NCBI GenBank assembly: GCA_951406725.2
Contig: OX597817.1
Span: forward strand, 13,206,001-13,270,000
Origin: Octopus vulgaris
Taxonomy: Eukaryota
DNA: 64,000 bases
Direction: 5' to 3'
The position numbers and the translations under genes were made by a program. The notes beneath the pieces were generated by a model. It was not told the DNA's origin. It did not search any database and saw nothing but the letters and a program-made list of their open reading frames with translations. Shown piece by piece: positions 54,040 through 64,000 of the stretch (position 1 is its first letter; each line of letters opens with the position of its first letter).

Positions 54040-55064
54040 GAAGAAACAATTGAGATTCAGTTGAATTAGGTACTTAAGTTGAAGTACCAAGTTAGTGCGG
54101 TATTATCAGTACAACTCAAAGTAAGGTGAATAAAATCAAAATAAGCAACAGGCTATCAAGAGGTGATGTGCTATACCGTTTCAAGCGGCTCCTTTTAATT
54201 GAACAATGCAATCACTACATCAATTTAAATGCAGGACTATCCTCAGATGCATAAATTAATAGAACTTTTTAAACAATTGGACACAATATAATTTTACTCA
54301 AATTCTCAAATAGAGCAAGAAGAGGGGGAAAGTCCATGTTGCTACTAATGTGACTCAGAATATACTACACTTCTAAGAACTGTATGAAGTTTGTTAGGGT
54401 CATAGCTTGTAAATGATAGTGGTTCATTTTTAATTTATTAGTCTTTTTTTTTTTTATCAATAACCAAATCTAAGGCAAGAGGACATTGTCTGTTTAGATT
54501 GGATAAACAGAGTGAGTTGACAGTTTATAGTTGGGTATGGTCATAAACATTGTCAGGATTTAGAAAATGTATAAGTAACTCTCTATAAAGGAGGCTGGGT
54601 AGGGGAAGACCCTAAATCAAGATGTTAATTACCAGTTAAAGGGCAAGACGCTGATAAAACCTATGATGTTAATACAGAGGAAATTATCATGGGGTACAAT
54701 GGATGATTGTATACGAACAATATTGTTATGTTGTATGAAGATAAAATTTAAGATTACTAAAAGTGATATTATAACCAGAATAGATAAACTGTATATATAT
54801 ATATATATATATGTATAAGGATGAAAAGGAACACACGAGTTGATATATATGAAAAAACAAGTCAAGATTGAAAATGCTAAAATAAATTTATAAAGAACAT
54901 TTCAGTACCGGTTTCAGTCATTTTGAGACTTTTTCAACTATAACGATTAAATAATTAAATTTAGAAAAATTAAAAGAAATGTTTTTTTAAAGGAATATTT
55001 GTATAGTGTTCAAATATAAGTGACATTTTCCTTGTTTCTGCCTTGCTCTGTCTCTCTTGTTCAC

Positions 55065-55112
<48 letters not shown>

Positions 55113-56006
55113 AATTTTCAACATTAGAAAGGGAAGATTACATAGAATTAGTTTAATATTCCTACCAGTACTTAATTATTTACTTATAAGTTGGTTTTTA
55201 TAAAGATTGCTCTGGGTATTTACTTATGGAATATTGGGATGATAAATCATGCTATCTTTGTATCAGTTGTAAGCTAAGAATCAGAAAAAAAATCAAAAAA
55301 ATAAGTTGTGCATAGATACATACACATCTTTAACTATGTGCACACATGCAAAATATACACAAATATTTGTACTTTATTATGGGTGTGTTATAATCAACTC
55401 TTCTAGACTTAAGTAACTAGAAAGTTTATATTTCTCTTTAAGAATTCTATGATAATCTTCCTAGCTAAAAGAATAATGTCAATTTTATCTCTACTTATAA
55501 GAGAAAGTTTTTTTTGCAAAAGTTAAAGATTTGTTAAGAAGACTAGGGGATATACTGGAATAAAAACTGTTAGTAGCAAATTGAATAAACGAATAATTAG
55601 GTATATTTTCAATGGATTTAAACCAGTATATCACTTCATCTGTATCAAACCATAGTTTGAGAGATAGATTAGGAATTATTCGGGGTAGAATAGTGTCCAG
55701 AACAGATTTGCTAAGTCGACCTATATCGGACGTACTCGGGCAAATTAGTCTAACAGTAGGATTATCCTGGAAGTTCTTTTTATGGTCCTTGATGTAAATT
55801 CTTGGTTCATTTGGTATTAAGGGTTCAGTCCTATCTGCCAAGTTATATTCCATCATAATTTTCTTGATTTCTAAGTTGATGTTCAACAGATTCTTTTTCG
55901 TAGCTATTTCGTAGCCCTGCATTTCAATTGATATAATGATTGCATTGTTCAATTAAACAGAGTCGCTTGAAACGGTCGTACTGCATCGCCTATTGATATC
56001 CTGTTG

Positions 56007-56010
<4 letters not shown>
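54040..56010 (-). mobile_element. Penelope-like element relic with RT fragment and inverted terminal copies
   Basis: IKDHKKNFQDNPTVRLICPSTSDIGRLSK...WFDTDEVIYWF...FIQFATNSFYSSIS (55491-55910); 54143-54240 is the reverse complement of 55911-56009. Confidence 0.75.
54903..54940 (-). ncRNA. minimal hammerhead motif with U3-A8 covariation
   Basis: uag UUGAAAA aguc-ucaaaau-gacu GAAAC CG GUA cug, in a (TA)n-flanked segment. Confidence 0.55.
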
Positions 56011-56052
<42 letters not shown>

Positions 56053-56205
56053 CATACATATATATATATATACATATATATATATTGGCCTGCTCGCTTA
56101 GCCAGCGGGGTGGCGTCATCTGAAGGCTAAAAAAACAATGCGAACCGCATTGTGACCAGCGATGTGTAGTAACATCTGATAGCCTGGTCGGTCACGGTAA
56201 TCACG

Positions 56206-56256
<51 letters not shown>

Positions 56257-56404
56257 GTGGTCTGATCGGACTGTTGCAATAATAGCGAAGCTAAAGCACG
56301 CAGAGCGAAGCTGCTGGGCACAGATTGATCTTGAACTCTGCTGTGCGTAAAATGTTCTTTACTATAGTTTACTATAGACGTAACGAACGCAGAAACACAT
56401 ACAC

Positions 56405-56517
<113 letters not shown>

Positions 56518-57076
56518 TTGATAATATTGAAAACATGAAAACAGCAAAACGTACACACACGAAGTTCAAGCGAGACGAAATGTAGTAAGTATCGGTGCAA
56601 AACATACTTTCTGTAGCATAGTTATGCTTTTAGAAAAATGGAAAGTCACCAATTTAGCAAAAGTTAGTATGCGTCTCCAATGTAAGAAAATACATAAAGT
56701 CAAGCTTTATTTGGAACATGTACAAAATGTTATAAAATTCACGATTGATGAATGTCACGATGAAGAAAGTGAAAGTCCAAGAAAATTCAGAAGGCATAAT
56801 TTATTTCTCATAAAAAAATTGTGTATTTTACAATTTTGAAAAGAAAGCTGAAACAAGTGTATAAAAAGGAAGATACTTTTTTTGAACTGTGTAACATTAT
56901 AGGCTGTAGAATAAATACTGGGTAACGCAGAAACTGGTTAGGAGTGGAATAACATTTCTGTAATTAATATTGAAAGAGCCGCTGAGGCTTTCTACTTCGC
57001 CAAGTTTCAGAATTTGTTATGATAACCAGAATAATATTTTTTTTCAGATATATTTGCGAGTATTGTGAGTGGTGTT

Positions 57077-57430
57077 TGCAAAAGGGACATGAAGGCCTGC
57101 AACATCAATATTAGCGGTTGGGAGGCAGTTGCCGGCAACCGTGGAGACTGGCGACGTAACGTAAAAGAGGGAATACAAAGGAGTGACAGAGAGAGAGAGA
57201 GAGGAGAAATGGAAAGACAAGAAAAGACGTCAACAAGAAACTATGGCATTACAACCAGCAAGGAACAGTCTTCGCTACATTTGCGGTACCTGCCAGAGGG
57301 AGTGTTTGTCCAGGATAGGACTACACAGCCACAGCAGGAAATGTATTAGGACATGAAATGTAAAAGCCGGACTAGACTACTTTATGCGCAACTCCATTGT
57401 CTCCCGAGACAAAAAGGATGCCAACCAACC
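57077..57430 (+). mobile_element. RTE (BovB-like) LINE 3' end
   Basis: CKRDMKACNINISGWEAVAGNRGDWRRNVKEG; tail ccattgtctcccgagac..ggatgccaacc; 15-bp TSD attgtgagtggtgtt. Confidence 0.9.
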
Positions 57431-57958
57431 ATTGTGAGTGGTGTTAAATCAGCCAAATTTTCCTGTTGGTAATACTTGAAAGCGAACGTTGTTGTTTGTT
57501 TGAAGTCCAGGCTACAAGTAAACTTTCGATATTGGCGTGTTTCATTGTTGGGGAAGGGGAAGTTACATACATAAAGACACACACATTAACACATACGTGA
57601 AGACCATCTCTGTTCCTGTGTGTGTCCATCTCTGTCTTTAGATGTGTGTATGTCTGTGTGCCAGTCGTCACAGAAACACCGTCACCCACATACTTGTCAG
57701 TCATCGGCCTAACGTACGTAACGAACACGTATAGAAAATGTAACGTCATCGTCGTTATGGTGGTAGTGGTGGTAAAAGATGTCGTTTACATTAGGTGACT
57801 AAAATAAAAATGATAATCTTAAATTTTTGTAATGCAAATAAGTGAAGGAAAATATAGTTTAGTTGGTAGCCAAAAGCTTACTGAATCTTTTGATACTCCA
57901 TACGTCAAAAACAGCAGCTCGGTTTTTTGAATGCATAAGGAACATGTGCACACTCACT

Positions 57959-58095
<137 letters not shown>

Positions 58096-58124
58096 TGTTT
58101 GAAGTGATGTACAGATATTGTATA

Positions 58125-58511
58125 TCTTTATATATAAAAGTAAGGTTGTGTGTCTGTCTCCTACGATTTAGATTCCTAACTACTTCCACATTTTGCGCTG
58201 CAGCTTAACCAAAACCGGGTATCTTATAGTCGTGATTCATATCGAGCCCTTCTGGGTATTAGTGCGCGTCTACGATGAGTCTACGATTTTAAAAATAATT
58301 TACCATCATTTTCTTCCATTTTAATGCATTTTTTCGCTATTATATAAGGAAGTAACTCTCTAAAAATGTCTACGATGAGTCAACGATTAAAAAAAAAATT
58401 ACCATTATTTTTTTTTCCATTTTTAATGCATTTTTTTGGCTATAACTCTCTAAAAATGCTTATATAGTTATTTCCCTTACAAATCCGAGCAACGCCGGGC
58501 GATACTGCTAG
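58125..58511 (+). mobile_element. non-autonomous Helitron
   Basis: A|TC ... hairpin CTAG|T. Confidence 0.88.
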
Positions 58512-58582
58512 TTTAGAATAATAAGGTAGTCAGAAGGTTGGGTGATTATATATATATTTTTATTTACACTTTATTTACGGAT

Positions 58583-58750
58583 TAAGTCTATTACATCGAC
58601 CCCAGTGCGTAACTGGTACTTAATTTATTGACCCCGAAAGGATGAAAGGCAAAGTCGACCTCGGCGGAATTTGAACTCAGAACGCAACGACAGACGCAAT
58701 ACCGCTAAGCATTTCGCCCGGTGTGCTAACGTTTCTGCCAGCTCGCCGCC
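58583..58750 (-). mobile_element. SINE family C
   Basis: match to 10771-10999. Confidence 0.85.
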
Positions 58751-58834
58751 TTGTGTAAATGCATATCTATCTATCTATACATATATACATACACACATAT
58801 ATATGTATGTGTGTGTGTGTGTGTGTATGTGTGT

Positions 58835-58878
<44 letters not shown>

Positions 58879-59039
58879 ATTTTCCGATTTTGCATAAATG
58901 TGTATAGTATGATATATATTTGTTGAATAAAGTTGAAACATGGTCTGGTTTTCAGTTTTTTGTTATTGCATTTAAAAAAATAATTTTTACATTACTGAAG
59001 TGTTTTAAACATTAAAGAAATATTTTGTAATGTTCATAA

Positions 59040-59933
59040 AGTACAATTAGCGCTTTCATACGTTCGTAGTAATCATCCGATTTCAAAATGTATTTAACTG
59101 ACAATTCTTCACAACTGTAGTAAAATGACTGTAATTTGTTTATATTCATATGTTAAAGATATTTTTTTAAATCCACATCATTTATATTATATTGTTATCT
59201 TATTGTTGTTATTTATGTTATATTGGTATATTATTGTTGTTATTTCCGTTCAGAACAGGTTTGAACATTTTAATAAAACGTTTTCTTCCAACTTCACTTG
59301 CGTCATGTAGTTTGTGGAAAGGTAAAATTAGAAACATTTTCTGACCACATATGTTCGTTCAATGGAATATACCGAACATTAGTGTTCCGGATTTGTTGTC
59401 TGTGGACGCGTGAGCATTCCGATAATGCATTCCCTGTCTTACCAATATATGGTTCCTCCCAATTAGGGCATTTAATGTAGTAGATCAAATTTCTGCTTTT
59501 GCAGTTCATATCTGCATTTGCGAAGATCTGTCTATTTTTTGTTCTAATGGACCTACCAGTATGCGTGTATTGACACATTCCACATCTGTTATCATTACAC
59601 TTGGATACTGTGAAAGATTTATCCTCTTTGTTCATGTTGAAGTTTGTCTTTGTTAATAGTTGCTTTAGGTTATGTGGTTGCCTTTTGCTTAAGATAAGTG
59701 TTTGATTAGTTACTCTTTTACTCTTTTACTTGTTTCAGTCATTTGACTGCGGCCTTGCTGGAGCACCGCCTTTAGTCGAGCAAATCGACCCCGGGACTTA
59801 TTCTTTGTAAGCCCAGTACTTATTCTATCGGTCTCTTCTGCCGAACCGCTAAGTGACGGGGACGTAAACACACCAGCATCGGTTGTCAAGCAATGCTAGG
59901 GGGACAAACACAGACACACAAACACATACACAT

Positions 59934-59964
<31 letters not shown>

Positions 59965-60513
59965 CGACAGGCTTCTTTCAGTTTCCGTCTACCAAATCCA
60001 CTCACAATGCATTGGTCGGCCCGGGGCTATAGCAGAAGACACTTGCCCAAGATGCCACGCAGTGGGACTGAACCCGGAACCATGTGGCTGGTTATTATGT
60101 TTTTATGTTTTTTTAAATTTTTCAATTTGTTTCATGACTGGCAAATTTGTTTTGATGATGTTAAAAATGTTTGGTGATGCGGATTATGTGTTACTAGAAA
60201 TGACATTGTATTCTGTTGGTTGATGGGTTCGTCTTTCTCGTGTTGCCCTAACTTGTTTTATAGGTATCTCTTTTGCTCGTGGTATACTATTTTCTATTAG
60301 TAGGAAAAGGTATTTTTGCTTGAGCAGAAGCCCTTTGAATTCTACAAGTCGTACGTTCCTGGGATTTGGATCATCTACTATAGTACAAATTTTCCTGGCT
60401 AGACAGTATGGAATGTTGCATTTTGTGTGTGTTGAGTGGCATGACTTGAAATTTAGGTACTGGTGTGCATCTGTACTTTTGTAATGAATATCATTTGTAA
60501 CTGTGGTGTTGTT

Positions 60514-60518
<5 letters not shown>
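59040..60518 (-). mobile_element. Penelope-like element 3' half (RT thumb, Cys linker, GIY-YIG endonuclease, terminal repeat)
   Basis: DIHYKSTDAHQYLNFKSCH..TKCNIPYCLARKI; SKRQPHNLKQLLT; CNDNRCGMC; NLIYYIKCPNWEEPYIGKTG. Confidence 0.9.
59713..60090 (-). mobile_element. SINE family A nested in the PLE
   Basis: removing it restores NIITNQTLILSKRQP in frame. Confidence 0.9.
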
Positions 60519-60553
<35 letters not shown>

Positions 60554-60848
60554 ACATTAGGGAATAAATCCAAACTTAGATTTAGGATTAAATCCAATTT
60601 TATAGTATAAATATATTATATTATATTATATTAGATTAGAGATAAAACCACTATTAGGCAAATCAAACAGTGAAAAACATAAGCCAATACATAAAATTAA
60701 TTTAAAATATAAAAGTTAAAATAAAAATTATTTAAATAATTTAAACTTATAAATTTTATATATATATACAAATATATATATATGTATGTATGTATGTATA
60801 TTTTTATATTTATATATTATTTTATTTATCAATTAATTAATTAATTAA

Positions 60849-60896
<48 letters not shown>

Positions 60897-60970
60897 TGGT
60901 GTGTATCTGTGCTTTTGTAATAAATATCAGTTGTGATTGTGGTGTTGTTTTTAATATACATACACATACA

Positions 60971-61026
<56 letters not shown>

Positions 61027-61052
61027 TATATAATACATATACATGCATATAT

Positions 61053-61095
<43 letters not shown>

Positions 61096-61111
61096 TACTT
61101 ATATGCATGTA

Positions 61112-61340
61112 TGTCAGATCACTCTGGCAACATGTAGTCCAGTACAACCCATCGTATAGTCGGGCCGTCGGCGACTAAACTGGCAACCATACAGAGCCTG
61201 CTTTGTAACAAGGGCGGTTTTTGTTAGACCCCTGCAGAATGGAAAACAAAACTTTTATAGTCAACGTCTATCCAGCCGCTGGAAGTGAGAAACCCCAAGT
61301 CTTAGTTTTGACATCTCTTTAGGAGAAGGCAAACTCTGGT
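61112..61340 (+). mobile_element. 5' end of RTE-derived element with HDV-like fold
   Basis: homologous to the reverse complement of the 5' part of 29456-30027. Confidence 0.6.
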
Positions 61341-62295
61341 GTAATACATGCGACTTGGTTTGCATCGAATGATGTAGATTGGTTCTTTTGAGGTGCGGGG
61401 GGGGGGAGGGGCAAATGAATGTATCATTTAGAAAGTAGGATTGGCCTTGTGCAAGGCCTTCCCTCACTTTACAAAGCTTTAAAGACAGACATCGCTTAAT
61501 TTTTAACATCTGTTTTAACATCTTTTCAATCTGCTGCTATTGCTGGTCTTATCTTTAAAAAAAGGCAAACCAGGAAGATTCCATGAAGGAATGAAGAGGT
61601 AAACTCTTCGAATACCAGCTGCAAGTGGCTCCAATCTTTGCGACATTTGTGCAAAATAGTGTAGGTCTCTAACAGAACTGAAAAGACACAGCCATGCTGC
61701 TCATATTTAGGATGTCAGTCAAGTGCTGGCGTTGCAGTCTTGTCTGCCAACTTCCACTCACAAACTTTTGTTCAGCTTGCAACTGAAGCAGTAGACACGT
61801 GTTCAAGAGCTCCATATTATCAGATCGAACCACTTTTCGAAATAACCAGAATTTAATATTTTATTGAGTGTGGCCATAAAGCAAGGAGCAGGCTCCCACT
61901 AAACCGAAGCAATAGAACGATTTCACTTTTTAGTTTAAGGTATATCACTTCACTTACGCTGTTATTGCATGTGTAAAAGCTTGAACACCGCAACATCTCA
62001 TATTTCCCAACAAAGAATACGAAGCAGGTTTGTACTTCATCTTATTTTGAGGGAAGAAAGCGCCTGACTTATTTTATTTTTTGCAAGGAATGAAGAAGCC
62101 AACTCACTTCACGGACGATGCTAATTCGCGTGGCAAAGTCATTAGTATCACAACACATCATTCTTTTGATTCAGATATCAGACGTCCGTGCCTTGTCGCA
62201 AGAAATATACACATATGTAATTCATCAGCGAAGATATGAATTATTTAATGCTGTCTAAAGTGCACGTTGACAACAAGGTAGGTTAGCTTGGCAGA

Positions 62296-62719
62296 AGGCG
62301 GCGAGCTGGCAGAATCGTTAGCACGCCGGGCGAAATGCTCAGCGGTATTTCGTTTGCCGTTATGTTCTGAGTTCAAATTCCGCCGGGGTCGACTTTCCCT
62401 TTCATCCTTTCAGGGTCGATTAAATAAGTACCAGTTACGCACTGGGGTCGATATAATAGACTTAATCCGTTTGTCTGTCTGTCCTTGTTTGTCCCTTCTG
62501 TGTTTAGCCCCTTGTAGGTAGTAAAGAAATAGGTATTTCGTCTGCCGTTACGTTCTGAGTTTAAATTCCGCCGAGGTCGACTTTCCCTTTCATCCTTTCA
62601 GGGTCGATTAAATAAGTACCAGTTACGCACTGGGTCGATATAATACACTTAATCCGTTTGTCTGTCCTTGTTTGTCCTCTCTGTGTTTAGTGTTTAGCCC
62701 CTTGTGGGTAGTAACGAAA
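62296..62719 (+). mobile_element. SINE family C tandem dimer
   Basis: one full and one 5'-truncated unit inside a single 17-bp TSD taggttagcttggcaga. Confidence 0.9.
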
Positions 62720-63594
62720 TAGGTTAGCTTGGCAGAGTCCAAACCCTTTTGAAGGGACTATAGCTAGAAGATATAGGGGATAAGAGTGTGCGAAATAGAA
62801 TGGCTCAACAAGGGCTTGAACCTTTATCGCTGAATCTGTATTTTCTGGCTTGATCGTCGACCAGAGATTTCTGAAAAGAAGGATAGGCAAGCAGATGTAG
62901 AAAGCACGTGAATGTGCAATTTCTGTTTATCGTTTAAAGCTGACAGTAGAGTAATTTCTTACAGGTTGGTAGAAATCTTATAATTAACGGCAAAAATAAG
63001 TAAATAAATAAATAAATAAATGAATAAATAAATAATATTTCTGTGTATGAAAACAACAACATCAACGACCAACATTATTAGCAAGCAGCTTGATAATAAC
63101 AACAACAACAACAAACAAACAAAACATGAATAGGAAATATTTTTTTAACAAATCATATATACATATTTTTTCATTATTTATTTACTTAAAGAACAACTAT
63201 AAAGATAAGAAATACTGATGTCTACTGGTGAACGGATGGTAAGAGGAGTTTTTTAAAGCCAGCACTTGTTTTGACTGGGTTTATGAGTAGGCGTTTAGAG
63301 TTGGTGGAGGTGGACTTAGAGGAAGTATACCGATGGAAAGAGCGCCGGCGAAGAAGTAGTTTCGGTTATGGTGTTACCTTCTTGAATAATGCATAAGTAT
63401 CTTTACTATCATCACTCGCAGTTTGTTTGTTTGTTTGTAGGTTTATTGTAATTCTGAAAGTTGTCATTATTATTACCTTCAATCCGTGAATGCTAATTTG
63501 TCTTTTCCTTTTTTGCTCTGCACCCCCTACGAAATATTTGGTTAATTTTCGCAATCCTTATGAAAGTAATATTGCACATAAAAATTTTCTAATC

Positions 63595-63779
63595 TCTTAC
63601 TCTTTTATTCTTTTACTTGTTTCAGTCATTTGACTGCAGCCATGCTGGAGCACCGCCTTTTAATCGAGCAACTCGACACCGGGACTTATTCTTTTGTAAG
63701 CCCAGTACTTATTCTATCGGTCTCTTTTGCCGAACCGCTAAGTAATGGGGACATAAGCACACCAGCATCGGTTGTCAAG
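63595..63779 (-). mobile_element. SINE family A 3' part
   Basis: tail match. Confidence 0.85.
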
Positions 63780-63788
63780 GTTGTCTTG

Positions 63789-63836
<48 letters not shown>

Positions 63837-63882
63837 GCTATTATTATTATTATTATTGTTGTTGTTGTTGTTGTTATTATTA

Positions 63883-64000
63883 AGGCGGCGAGCTGGCAGA
63901 AACATTAGCATGCCAGGTGAAATGCTTAGCAGTATTTCGTCTGTCTTTATGTTCTGAGTTCAAATTCCGCCAGACGTCAACTTTGCTTTTCATCCTTTCG
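63883..64000 (+). mobile_element. SINE family C, runs off the window
   Basis: ggcggcgagctggcagaa head. Confidence 0.8.

Overview
Eukaryotic, AT-rich, microsatellite-dense animal DNA. The SINE/LINE repertoire resembles what I recall from octopus (cephalopod) genomes; this is an inference, not a database result. The only host gene I can support is the last four coding exons of SPOP/roadkill (BTB-BACK-NLS) on the + strand (398-14434). The rest is intron and intergenic DNA filled with tRNA-derived SINEs, RTE and CR1-type LINE fragments, Penelope-like element (PLE) relics, non-autonomous Helitrons, hAT/piggyBac/Merlin-like MITEs and a Tc1/mariner relic. The most striking unannotated signal is a set of self-cleaving-ribozyme motifs. 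A (TA)n-flanked, ORF-less tandem array of ~538-bp units (32361-34419) carries one intact type I hammerhead per unit on the - strand, which is a retrozyme-like architecture. Several unrelated hammerhead motifs with unusual core variants (U.U at 10.1/11.1, U3-A8, extra A) occur elsewhere, and two degenerate HDV-like folds sit at the 5' ends of RTE-derived elements. All folds were derived by eye and need computational and biochemical confirmation.
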